A stretch of DNA of 63,593 nt, counting the filler, from Octopus bimaculoides (Eukaryota): assembly GCF_001194135.2 (NCBI RefSeq). It is 5 parts of 5 records of this genome, joined end to end, with 100 filler letters (N's around TTAATTAATTAA, not from the genome) between each part and the next. Parts side by side here need not be neighbours in the genome. Positions count along the whole stretch, not along the records: positions 13,062 to 41,099 come from NC_068998.1; positions 41,200 to 55,194 come from NC_069002.1; 3 more parts are not named here. The stretch is one strand, 5' to 3'. Position numbers and translations under genes: made by a program. The notes beneath the pieces were generated by a model, which was not told where the DNA came from, searched no databases, and saw only the letters and a list, made by a program, of their open reading frames with translations. The first letter of the stretch is position 1. Each line of letters opens with the position of its first letter. Below, piece after piece: positions 38,827 to 51,456 of the stretch.

Positions 38827-39198
38827 GGCGCAGGCATGGCTGTGTGACAAGAAGCTTGCTTCCGAACCACATGCTTTTGGGTTCAGTCCCACAGTATTAT
38901 AGTCTCAGGGTGGTCAAAGCCTTGTGAGTGGACTTGGTTGACGGAAAATGAAAGAAGCCCGTCGTATGTGTGTGTGCGTGTGTTTGTGTCTGTGTTTGTT
39001 CTCCACCACTGCTTGATAACTGGTGTTGGTGTGTTTACATCCGCGTAACTTAACAGTTCAGTAAAAGAGGCCGATAGAATAAGTACCAGGCTTTTAGAAA
39101 ATAAGTATTGGGATCGATACGTTCGACTAAAAATTCTTCAAGGCGGTTCTTCAGCATGACCACAGTCTAATGATTGAAACGAATAAAAGATAAAAGAT
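38827..39198 (+). mobile_element. SINE family B, full length
   Basis: ggcgcaggcatggctgtgtgacaagaagcttgcttccgaaccacatg..gggttcagtccc..gaaagaagcccgtcgta(TG)n..gatagaataagtaccaggc..taaaagataaaaga. Confidence 0.9.
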
Positions 39199-39767
39199 AA
39201 CTATGGCTAGAAAGATTTTCATCAAAGGTCTGCTTGTTCACGAAAACCGGTGGCTAAAAAAAAAAAACGTTAAAAGAAAATCGCCGACGTTGGCGTGATT
39301 TGAACTTAGAATGTAACCACTCGGAATGTAATTGAATGTAAATAACTTTAATTCGATGCTGTACCTAGGAAGACTTTCATATTTTGGTTGTTAATAGTAA
39401 CAGAGATATTGATGCTTAATAATGTCTCTGTGTGAAAATCTGCAAAACGAAAATATCTCGAGAAGAAAAGGAAAAAAAGAAGACATCTTTAATGATATTT
39501 TGATAGAAATTAATTGTTCTCTTGTTAAGACAGCCAGGTATGTATTCACTGGCGAAATGTATTGTGGGATATGGTATATATAATGCACACATACATACGT
39601 ACATACGTACAGGCAGAAAAACACCTACATGCATGCAGACATAAATGCAAACACACATAAACATATGTGTACAAAATATATTATTATACAGTATATATTT
39701 ACATGAATATAGATATAAATATGAATGTAAATATATTAACAACAACGTATATATATATATATATATA

Positions 39768-39830
<63 letters not shown>

Positions 39831-40022
39831 NNNNNNNNNNNNNNNNNNNNNNNNNNNNNNNNNNNNNNNNNNNNNNNNNNNNNNNNNNNNNNNNNNNNNN
39901 NNNNNNNNNNNNNNNNNNNNNNNNNNNNNNNNNNNNNNNNNNNNNNNNNNNNNNNNNNNNNNNNNNNNNNNNNNNNNNNNNNNNNNNNNNNNNNNNNTAT
40001 ATTCATATATATACATATATAT

Positions 40023-40077
<55 letters not shown>

Positions 40078-40202
40078 CATATATATAGGCTTTGTATTTG
40101 CTTGGCAAGATTCGATTCCTGATGTGAAATTGTGTTGACACATTCAAAACAGAACAATGCTAACACACGCAGATACACATACACACACATGCATACACGC
40201 AT

Positions 40203-40241
<39 letters not shown>

Positions 40242-40649
40242 TATATATACATTACTATTTTGCATTCAATACAATATAATATGATATGATAATCTGTGGA
40301 GATAACATCAACAATATAGGAAATTATAGTATTTTTAAGGAGATCAGTTAGGCGAGGTCGTTGACATACATATACATTGTCTAGGTAGTTATGTAACAGG
40401 GAAACAAAGCAGGAAATTTTTGTCTCGAACAAATATGGGCAGCCTTTCTCTAGAAATGGGCCTCATCAGACATGGCTCATAATCAGGTGGGCCGCACTAC
40501 AACTAAAAAAAATATTCAAAGTATGTTTTCGTTAGGCGTGCCATTCAGGAAATCTCCCGGTCTGCAGTTACCCCGTGACCGGTTTGGAACATCTAAAGCA
40601 TGGTCCAAAGAAACAGGAACTTGGTTACGAAATGAGTGCAGACATAATA

Positions 40650-41040
40650 ATTTTGTTAAAAAGGTTCGCTTCGTCACTACGCAGATTTAGGTTCGATCCC
40701 ATCGTGCGGTACCTGAAGCAATCGGCAAGCGTTTGCTACTTACAGACTTGAGTTATCGAAAGCTTTGTGAAGGAAATTTGGTTGGCGGAAACTGTGTGGA
40801 AGCCTATATTTTGGGTGATAGATTTAATGCGTCACATGGTATAAGGTAACGTCCTGGGAGCCTTTAGATGAGTGGATGTTATATAATGCAATTACTACAA
40901 ATAAAATAATATGGTACAATGATAACATGAAATAATTATTAGCGACTGAAGCAGTAGACAATTCATGTCTGCTAACGATATATATAGCTGTGACTGGGTC
41001 TGGTAGACAGAAACTCAAATAAATCGTATATATAAAAGGC
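40650..41040. mobile_element. Two highly degraded family-B-like SINE heads (+ at about 40650-40805, - at about 40825-41035)
   Basis: aggttcgatccc..gctttgtgaaggaaatttggttggcggaaactg on plus; ggtagacagaaactcaaataaatcgtata region nearby. The orientation of the second piece is uncertain. Confidence 0.45.
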
Positions 41041-41051
41041 AGGATGTGTGT

Positions 41052-41099
<48 letters not shown>

Positions 41100-41199
41100 N
41101 NNNNNNNNNNNNNNNNNNNNNNNNNNNNNNNNNNNNNNNNNNNTTAATTAATTAANNNNNNNNNNNNNNNNNNNNNNNNNNNNNNNNNNNNNNNNNNNN
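41100..41199. other. Artificial 100-bp assembly join
   Basis: N44 + TTAATTAATTAA (41144-41155) + N44. Confidence 0.9.
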
Positions 41200-41322
41200 T
41201 ATATAGGGATAGAATGTGACAGAGAGATTTCCATGTACAGATACACACACATACATATACATATATATATACACGCACACATACATGCATATACCTTAAT
41301 AAATACAAAAATACCTGTATAT

Positions 41323-41534
41323 AAGGCGGGAAGCTGGCAGAATTGTTAGCACGCCGGGCAAAATGCTTAGCGGCATTTCGTGTCTTTATGCTCTGAGTTC
41401 AAATTCCACCGAAGTGGACTTTGCCTTTCATCCTTTCAGGGTCGATAAATTAAGTACCAGTTGCGTACTGGGGTCGATATAATCGGCTAGCAGCCTCCCC
41501 AAAAACAGGGCCTTGTGCCTAGAGTAGAAAAGAA
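41323..41534 (+). mobile_element. SINE family A, full length
   Basis: aaggcgggaagctggcagaattgttagcacgccggg..gagttcaaattcc..gggccttgtgcctagagtagaaaagaa. Confidence 0.9.
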
Positions 41535-41555
41535 GGGAAAAAAATAAACACCTGC

Positions 41556-41601
<46 letters not shown>

Positions 41602-42191
41602 ACACTTCCGATTGCATAAATAAAAGCGCACAAAAACTCAGTGATGGAATAGGTTCTGTTCATGCTTGTATCTGATGAATCAACGAAACCCACTCATTAA
41701 TTTCATTGATTTCCTTAATGTGTTTAGATGAAATGAAAGAAGCAAGTCATTGTCGTAGAAATAACCGACTATAATTTTGGACTTCCTGTCAGGGGATCAC
41801 GTCAATAGATACTTTACGAATGGTAATAATGCCGGAGACCATCATTTATCTTCATAACAGCATGACGTCTTCTTTATTGGTTAACAAGCACGACATCTTT
41901 GACTGACTGTGGCTTTGGGGATAGTTGCTCATGCTTCCTTCGATATCCTGAAGAAAATAATCGGTCACAGGACAGTCTTTATGATGAGTCTTTCGCTGTT
42001 CTTCCTGGAATTCCTTTAAGGCGTTTTGATCAAGATCTAAGGCTTTTTGACTCGCCCAGGTCTTCATCAACGTTTTCTGTTCTAGGTAGCCCCTGTTCAG
42101 TGTCCTTTGAGAACAGAATCATTTAGGGTAGGAACCAAAATGATCAACGTGGTAGTCATACAATCAAAACAAATTATTTATTTCTTCGTAT

Positions 42192-42366
42192 TTTTCCCCT
42201 TGTTCCAGTCATTGGACTGCAGCCATGCTAGGGCACCACCTTCAAGGGTTTAGTCAGACAAATTGACCTCAGTACTTACATTTTTAAAGTTTAGTATCTA
42301 TTCTTCTATCGAGCCTTTTCGCCGAACCTCTAAATTGACGTAAACAAACCAACACCGGTTGTCACG
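42192..42366 (-). mobile_element. SINE family B, 3' half
   Basis: tgttccagtcattggactgcagccatgctagggcaccacc..gccgaacctctaaattgacgtaaacaaaccaacaccggttgtc. Confidence 0.8.
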
Positions 42367-43788
42367 TGTTGTGCGAGACAACAAAAGTCAGCGTTCTTCA
42401 AAGTTCTTTGTACCATGTTACAGAGACATTCCCTTGCCATTCTAGCAACCCTGTAGACCAAGCATTAGCACTTTGGCAGCAATATCTACAAATAGCACCG
42501 TTATCTACAATCTACGTTACCAAAATAAAGTAAAATCTATGAAAGGCTTCGTGTGTCACGGTGTTCCTTTAGAAACAACTTAATAATAAGAAATCCTACG
42601 TTAAATCGGTTAACTTAATATATTGCTGACGAATGTAATAGAATCAAATTGCAATCATTAGTTAATAAAATTAGAGATTTCAAATTTTCGAGTACATCTC
42701 CAATTGGATAATGCCAATTTATGTCGCTGATTGTCTTCCGTATATTTCTCTCTCCCCTCTCAAACTACTTGTCTGCCATTCTATAACCTTAATGCTGTTT
42801 GCCTTCGCATTTAGTTTTACAATGAACAATAAATTTCTTTTGGTTTTAATATTACATTATACATCTTCTAATAATTGAAGCTACGATATTTCATGTTAGA
42901 TGGCCCGTAGAGCTTAGTTTAAAATATAATTATTAATTAAATTACAATATTTCTAATTATCACACCTGCTGTCTAAATATTGGAATAGTACAACACTTCA
43001 TTTCCAATTCCATGTTATCCTTTATTTATTTTGGTTAAATTCCAAGATTTTGACAAATAAATTAACGAAATATTAAGTGATACCAGAGCATTATTACAAA
43101 ATCCCAGAAATTACCGTCGTGCACGTCACCAGGAAACGCTTGTCTTTGTATCTGAGACTTCGCATCTTAACCTTTCTTTTACTAACAGCCTTTCGTCGCA
43201 AATTTTTGTTACTATTTTATAGAATGAAAAGAAATTCCACCACCACCACCATCCTAAAAAAAGAATAATAAATAAAGCGAAAGAAAAACAAGAAAAAAAT
43301 TATGCCAAAAATTGGTTTTCTTTAGAAAACTTCTTACAACACTTTAGTCATTTTATTAATATAATATGGATTGTTAGAACGACATTTCGACTAGTTTTAT
43401 CTTCATTTTCTCATTCAGACTGCAGACTTCACTGATGGCAGAACAGTATAACGGTCCTTTAACTTATTCCATACCGAATTCCACATTTCTATCGCTTAGG
43501 ACCGAGGTTCATTGCCGAGCTTTTCAACAAACTTTATTTATGCATCTCAGATTTTCAGTACATATATATGTGTGTGTCTATATATATATATAAAGATTTT
43601 GTCCCTTCTCGTTTGCTAGATGTCCTTTAAATTTGAAATCTTAATTGTTGATGTGATAGGGTACGTCTTAAGTGTCTGTATATTGTCTTTATATTCATTT
43701 TGGTTATAAAATAAACAGATTAATCAACAGAGTACAGTGTCCGCAAGTTGATGAGTACCTCATATTCCCCTCCATTTTCTTATTGCTA

Positions 43789-43831
<43 letters not shown>

Positions 43832-45136
43832 NNNNNNNNNNNNNNNNNNNNNNNNNNNNNNNNNNNNNNNNNNNNNNNNNNNNNNNNNNNNNNNNNNNNN
43901 NNNNNNNNNNNNNNNNNNNNNNNNNNNNNNNNNNNNNNNNNNNNNNNNNNNNNNNNNNNNNNNNNNNNNNNNNNNNNNNNNNNNNNNNNNNNNNNNNNNN
44001 NNNNNNNNNNNNNNNNNNNNNNNNNNNNNNNNNNNNNNNNNNNNNNNNNNNNNNNNNNNNNNNNNNNNNNNNNNNNNNNNNNNNNNNNNNNNNNNNNNNN
44101 NNNNNNNNNNNNNNNNNNNNNNNNNNNNNNNNNNNNNNNNNNNNNNNNNNNNNNNNNNNNNNNNNNNNNNNNNNNNNNNNNNNNNNNNNNNNNNNNNNNN
44201 NNNNNNNNNNNNNNNNNNNNNNNNNNNNNNNNNNNNNNNNNNNNNNNNNNNNNNNNNNNNNNNNNNNNNNNNNNNNNNNNNNNNNNNNNNNNNNNNNNNN
44301 NNNNNNNNNNNNNNNNNNNNNNNNNNNNNNNNNNNNNNNNNNNNNNNNNNNNNNNNNNNNNNNNNNNNNNNNNNNNNNNNNNNNNNNNNNNNNNNNNNNN
44401 NNNNNNNNNNNNNNNNNNNNNNNNNNNNNNNNNNNNNNNNNNNNNNNNNNNNNNNNNNNNNNNNNNNNNNNNNNNNNNNNNNNNNNNNNNNNNNNNNNNN
44501 NNNNNNNNNNNNNNNNNNNNNNNNNNNNNNNNNNNNNNNNNNNNNNNNNNNNNNNNNNNNNNNNNNNNNNNNNNNNNNNNNNNNNNNNNNNNNNNNNNNN
44601 NNNNNNNNNNNNTATATAAATATAAATATATATGTGCATGTTATATATATATATATATATATGTATGTAATGTTTTCACATATTTATACGTTTCTGGTTG
44701 TGTCCAAATTGGGTGGGACACTTATTGCAAGTTTTAATATTTTTCTTTGAATGATAAGAAAATGAAATCAGAATCATTTTCGATCATTATTCAAAATGCT
44801 GCGCTTTTCAGATGAATAAACCGTCCATTATTAGGAGGTTGTTGGGCGGAGGAACGCCCATCGCCACTACATCGGAGAACCACTGAAACGATGCTGATGA
44901 TGGTGATGGTGATGGTGGTGATTATATGTTTATGTGTGTGTGTGTGTGTGTGTAGTGCAGGTTCCAGAAATGGCGGTCGGATTGGGCGAAGATTGAGGGG
45001 GCGATGGGGCAGAATGGAGACACATGGTTACGAAGACTTGAACAACCCTTGCAGCTACGAATTGCAGTTCATTAATTTCCTCATTCCACGTAATTACGAA
45101 CAAGTTTACAAATACGCTCCCGCACACGCGCACACA

Positions 45137-45170
<34 letters not shown>

Positions 45171-45483
45171 GGCACTTATGTGTATGTTTATAAACATATA
45201 TATGTACAAACATATATATAAGTATAATATATACACATAAATATACATAAGCATGTGTGTGTGCATATATATATATATATATGTGTGCGTGTGTGTTTCT
45301 GTATTTGCGTGCTTGTTTGGTTCATGTATTTAAATAGCTAGATAAAAGTAAACAGTATTTATATACCATCTTCATAAAGTACCATAAAGTACATGTACAT
45401 ATCTCAACAAATATATATATATATATATGTGTATGTGTGTGTGTCTATGTGTGTGTACTTATACAGACATACATACATACACA

Positions 45484-45549
<66 letters not shown>

Positions 45550-45891
45550 TGTATGTATATATGTATATGTATGTATGTATGTATGTATGTATTTTTAGCT
45601 GATGAATGATAAATATAGAAGACAATAGAAAAGAAAGGAAAAGTGAACAAAAAGAGGTGGTGGAGGCGGCAGCAGCTGTGGTGGGGAAGAAGGGGTTTAC
45701 TGAGAGGATGTAACAGAAATAAAGGAAGAAAGAAAAAGAGGAGGAAGCATAAAGAGATGGTCGGTGGGGAGAGGTATGTTGGAGGGAGGTTAAGGCAATT
45801 TGCTTGAACTCATCTGAACAAATTATGGCAAATTATTTGTAGACAGAAATGATTACATTACGAAGATATATAAATGAATACGTGTGTGTGC

Positions 45892-45925
<34 letters not shown>

Positions 45926-46701
45926 TTGAATGTGTGTGTTTACACGTATACATAGACATATAGAGACAGGCAGATAGATAATTAATTAACTTACATATAT
46001 ACATACATGTATATATATATAATTATAATTAAGTATGTATTAGTCAACTAGAATAGCCAATAGCCTGGTCAAACCATGATTACTTCCCCTCACAANNNNN
46101 NNNNNAGAAGAGAGATAGATAGACAGGTACATAATTAATTTTCCTGATTAACCTGTCTATACAGATTCATTTACGTCAGATACATGTGTGTGTATATATA
46201 CACACGCAGAAACAGGCTGATAGGCATTCCATATGCATATGCAAGCGCGTATGTATATATATATAATTATAATTAAGTATGTATTAGTCAACTAGAATAG
46301 CCAATAGCCTGGTCAAACCATGATTACTTCCCCTCACAAACCACTCTCTAGAAATTGAACACAAAATAATAACGACGGTAATTCAGAGAAGTTAATCTAG
46401 TGGTATAGAATGTATTGTATAGACAAACACAGCTTAATCTAGTGACAAGACATATGTATTTGTATAGAATAAGTAAATTAGAGGCTGCCTCATCCGTCGG
46501 TTAAGAACGATGAGTAATCTTGTTCAAGCAAATGAAGTAAAAGTGAGTGAATCTTCCATGATTCCCAAAGTCCCATACGTCTAGAGATATTTGTGGATCA
46601 AACTTAATTTTCTATGGAATATTGTGGGTGACAATACTTGTCTTTTACTTGTTAATTTAGTTATATTATTCATTTATTTATTTATTACTGCTATAGAAAT
46701 T

Positions 46702-46948
46702 CCCGGACCGCTAAGTTAGAGGAACATAAACACACCAGCATCGGCTGTCAAGCACATATATACATACATATGTATGTATATATACGACGGGCTTCTTTCA
46801 GTTTCCGTCTACCAAGTCCACTCACGAGGCTTTGGTAGGCCCGAGGCTATAGTAGAAGACACTTGCCTAAGGTGCCACGCAGTGAGACTGAACCCAGAAA
46901 CCATGCGGTTTGTAAGCAGCTACTTACCACACAGCCACTCCTGCACCT
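46702..46948 (-). mobile_element. SINE family B, 5' two-thirds
   Basis: gacgggcttctttcagtttccgtctaccaagtccactcacgaggctttgg..gacacttgcctaaggtgccacgcagtgagactgaaccc..cagccactcctgcacct. Confidence 0.9.
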
Positions 46949-47061
46949 ATTGTTTGTGCAGGTTGCTCAGGAAGAAATTGAGGAACCCTTATCTGTTGTC
47001 TACAAGAAAATCTATCTTAAATGTTTTATTTTTTCATCTTTTACTTGTTTCACTCATTAGA

Positions 47062-47340
47062 CTATGGCCATACTCCGTTACCCCTTTGAAGAATTTTGGT
47101 CAGACGAATCGACCCACGCACTTTTTTCCTCCTTATATCTGATACCTGGCCCTTATTCTATTGATGCCACGTGCCGAACCTCTATGTTACGAGGATGTAA
47201 ACTCACCAAGACCAGTTGTCAAGCGGTGACGCGGGGTGGGGACATAAACACACATCGGCCCGAGGCTCTAGTAGGAGACACATGCCCAAGGTACCACACA
47301 GTGGGACAGAACCCGGGACTATATTGTTGGGAGACCTGCG
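47062..47340 (-). mobile_element. SINE family B, internally deleted and diverged
   Basis: tatggccatactcc..gccgaacctctatgttacgaggatgtaaac..cggcccgaggctctagtaggagacacatgcccaaggtaccacacagtgggacagaaccc. Confidence 0.75.
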
Positions 47341-47583
47341 CCAATATGTAGATGTATACTAGTCAGTAGATACCCGCTTATAAAGCTGGGGTGGGGAGCT
47401 ATAATTGATAGTAAAGAACTCGTTACCATGTGATAGAGTATAGATGTGTTTATACGGACATTGATACTTAAAAGACAAGTCAATGTCTTTGCACTCGGAC
47501 GTTTCTGAAACGCGGAAGAAATATGATAAGTCCTTTGTGTGCCATTTACTGAAAACACGCATAGACACGTACGCATGCACGCA

Positions 47584-47627
<44 letters not shown>

Positions 47628-48132
47628 NNNNNNNNNNNNNNNNNNNNNNNNNNNNNNNNNNNNNNNNNNNNNNNNNNNNNNNNNNNNNNNNNNNNNNNNN
47701 NNNNNNNNNNNNNNNNNNNNNNNNNNNNNNNNNNNNNNNNNNNNNNNNNNNNNNNNNNNNNNNNNNNNNNNNNNNNNNNNNNNNNNNNNNNNNNNNNNNN
47801 NNNNNNNNNNNNNNNNNNNNNNNNNNNNNNNNNNNNNNNNNNNNNNNNNNNNNNNNNNNNNNNNNNNNNNNNNNNNNNNNNNNNNNNNNNNNNNNNNNNN
47901 NNNNNNNNNNNNNNNNNNNNNNNNNNNNNNNNNNNNNNNNNNNNNNNNNNNNNNNNNNNNNNNNNNNNNNNNNNNNNNNNNNNNNNNNNNNNNNNNNNNN
48001 NNNNNNNNNNNNNNNNNNNNNNNNNNNNNNNNNNNNNNNNNNNNNNNNNNNNNNNNNNNNNNNNNNNNNNNNNNNNNNNNNNNNNNNNNNNNNNNNNNNN
48101 NNNNNNNNNNNNNNNNNNNNNNNNNNNNNNNN

Positions 48133-48228
48133 AAGTACCACCCTTTAAAAAAGTAAGCACTGGGATCGATTCATTCAACTAAAATTCTGCAAAGCGGTAC
48201 CACACCATGGGCCGCAATCGAATAGCTG

Positions 48229-48230
<2 letters not shown>
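48133..48230 (+). mobile_element. SINE family B, 3' tail
   Basis: aagtacca..aagtaagcactgggatcgattcattcaactaaaattc..gcggtaccacaccatgggccgcaatcgaatagctga. Confidence 0.6.
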
Positions 48231-48270
<40 letters not shown>

Positions 48271-48272
<2 letters not shown>

Positions 48273-48463
48273 ATTGGTTTCATATTAAAAGAAATGGAAG
48301 GAAAATATCCTAGTGTCTTAACAGTTTTTCAAGCTGATCACATGGAGACACGTGCTTGCGTCCATTGTGGAAAATACAACGGAAACTTTTCTCCAAGTGA
48401 TCAGCTTGAAGAATTGTTAAGACACTGGATATTTTCCTACTTTTCTTAACATGAGACCATTGG
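48271..48463. repeat. Inverted repeat (arms about 75 bp, loop about 41 nt) formed by two opposed copies of the 23191 repeat
   Basis: ggaaaatatcctagtgtcttaacagtttttcaagctgatcacatggaga (48300-48348) versus the revcomp of 48390-48438, ggaaaatatccagtgtcttaacaattcttcaagctgatcacttggaga. Confidence 0.9.
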
Positions 48464-48533
48464 TAGCCTTAATAAGGAAATTATATTCACCAATGCGGTG
48501 TTGAGCATTCATTTACATCTTTCGACATTTACG

Positions 48534-48590
<57 letters not shown>

Positions 48591-48846
48591 GAATAAGCAC
48601 AACTGCATGCATACATAGCTATATTCTTTATGCGCGTGCGTGCACGCACGTGGGTTTCTCTTCGTGAGATGCCAAATATAACTGCTCGAGACTTCGTCAA
48701 ATAACGCGTCTGTTGCAGTTTATTATTTTCTATTATTTCGTTATTTCATTTTATTATTTTATTTGCTGAGTTTTACATATTTAGATGTACTGTTCCGAGA
48801 GAATCTGGTCTGAAAGTCTGTTAGTGCTGAAACCAAATATTAATAG

Positions 48847-48975
<129 letters not shown>

Positions 48976-49112
48976 CAGCAACACCAATAACAACAACATA
49001 TGTCGGCGTTCGCAAGTTTGAACGAGCAATCAGTTATTTATATATAAGTACATTGCATATTATATATACACGAATACATACACACACACATACACACACA
49101 CATATATATACA

Positions 49113-49177
<65 letters not shown>

Positions 49178-50161
49178 NNNNNNNNNNNNNNNNNNNNNNN
49201 NNNNNNNNNNNNNNNNNNNNNNNNNNNNNNNNNNNNNNNNNNNNNNNNNNNNNNNNNNNNNNNNNNNNNNNNNNNNNNNNNNNNNNNNNNNNNNNNNNNN
49301 NNNNNNNNNNNNNNNNNNNNNNNNNNNNNNNNNNNNNNNNNNNNNNNNNNNNNNNNNNNNNNNNNNNNNNNNNNNNNNNNNNNNNNNNNNNNNNNNNNNN
49401 NNNNNNNNNNNNNNNNNNNNNNNNNNNNNNNNNNNNNNNNNNNNNNNNNNNNNNNNNNNNNNNNNNNNNNNNNNNNNNNNNNNNNNNNNNNNNNNNNNNN
49501 NNNNNNNNNNNNNNNNNNNNNNNNNNNNNNNNNNNNNNNNNNNNNNNNNNNNNNNNNNNNNNNNNNNNNNNNNNNNNNNNNNNNNNNNNNNNNNNNNNNN
49601 NNNNNNNNNNNNNNNNNNNNNNNNNNNNNNNNNNNNNNNNNNNNNNNNNNNNNNNNNNNNNNNNNNNNNNNNNNNNNNNNNNNNNNNNNNNNNNNNNNNN
49701 NNNNNNNNNNNNNNNNNNNNNNNNNNNNNNNNNNNNNNNNNNNNNNNNNNNNNNNNNNNNNNNNNNNNNNNNNNNNNNNNNNNNNNNNNNNNNNNNNNNN
49801 NNNNNNNNNNNNNNNNNNNNNNNNNNNNNNNNNNNNNNNNNNNNNNNNNNNNNNNNNNNNNNNNNNNNNNNNNNNNNNNNNNNNNNNNNNNNNNNNNNNN
49901 NNNNNNNNNNNNNNNNNNNNNNNNNNNNNNNNNNNNNNNNNNNNNNNNNNNNNNNNNNNNNNNNNNNNNNNNNNNNNNNNNNNNNNNNNNNNNNNNNNNN
50001 NNNNNNNNNNNNNNNNNNNNNNNNNNNNNNNNNNNNNNNNNNNNNNNNNNNNNNNNNNNNNNNNNNNNNNNNNNNNNNNNNNNNNNNNNNNNNNNNNNNN
50101 NNNNNNNNNNNNNNNNNNNNNNNNNNNNNNNNNNNNNNNNNNNNNNNNNNNNNNNNNNNNN

Positions 50162-50210
<49 letters not shown>

Positions 50211-50309
50211 CTTTAATTTCTTTAAAATGTTCCAGCTTCAAAGCTGTGGTCAAGCTGGGGTACCAAAGTTGAGTGTGCTATACCATTATTTGAAACCTCG
50301 TCTGATATG

Positions 50310-50888
50310 TGGCATTTGGTCAACGAGGGAGTTTGATGCCGCTACCCTCATCTGTTTCCTGTCGTGGGGGAGGCTCGCCGGGAACCCTTCACAGGAAGAG
50401 ATCCACACCATGCAGTTCCCTCAAGCATTTTGGAAGGATATTGAAGAGCCGTGGGCTCTTGAACCCAAAGCTGTTGCAGGATCTAGTCCTGTATTTTCAT
50501 AGTGATGCTGGACTCTTTGGCACTATGCAATAGCGATATGTTCTGCTCTTCGGGTAATTTTCAATGTCAAAGTTTGGTACAAGGCCTGCACGGATTTTCC
50601 AAATGTATATCACTGCATATCTTTCACGCCTTCGTTCTAGGGAGAAGAGTTTTAATTCTTTCATTCCTTCCCATTAGCTGACAATGTTTCTTAGTGTAGT
50701 TTTGTTGAGTTGCTTCGATTTTCGCCGTGAATTTTATACTGTGTGGTGACCATAGCTGGGAGCAGTTGTCCAAGCGGCTGAGGACGTATGTCTTCCAAAA
50801 GATCATCAGTCAGTGTCTCCTTTTCTCTTGTTTTGAATGTTCGGAGAATCCATCCAACTGTTTTTTGCGACAAAATGCCGTGCACTTT
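50310..50888 (-). mobile_element. CR1-clade LINE ORF2 3' portion
   Basis: KTVGWILRTFKTREKE, FWKTYVLSRLDNCSQLWSPHSIK..KIEATQ, SLERRRERYAVIYIWKI and PRLFNILPKCLRELHGVD match the CR1/L2 RT C-terminus. Confidence 0.85.
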
Positions 50889-51456
50889 ATTTTAAACGCT
50901 CCGAGCAAGGTACGAGATGACCGAGTGCGTGTACCGGTCGGCGCACGAACGAGATGCGACCTCTGCCCAGTGCTCCGAAGCGAAGACACGTTGGACTAAG
51001 CGCGGGCAAACGGCATTGAGTAGCAAGTAAACTTGGAAGCAAGCGGTTATCAGTACTGTTGTTCGGAGCGCACAAGGTGCCGCTGTGGCGGCGGCTGCCG
51101 CCGGCGATACAGCGCGATCGAAAGGCCGTCCTCGCGGCGATATCGACCGTGTGTGTTTGTGTCCGCTGTCTTGGGCCTTGTGCAGCGTGTGCATGCTTTT
51201 TCGTCAATATTTCAAGTCAACAACAAATTATCTTGGTTACACTTTTATAAATTGCCATTTTTTATTTAACTTTCGATTTTACTGTTTTATTGAATTTATT
51301 TATGTATATACTTTTCACATATCTCGCCACAATATTTCAATCCTTTACTTCACAAAATGCTACAGAATGGATTTTAGTAAATTTTTATTTGTTTGGTAAT
51401 AATGTTCTTCGGGCATTGATTATTCTTGTTGTTATTGTTGTTGTTTGTTTTTTCAG

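Noticed and set aside
51085-51175. Complete HDV-like ribozyme
   Set aside because: Only the P3/L3-like loop matches. There is an extra G before L3, no GG for P1.1 and no P2 partner found, so it is kept only as a hint.
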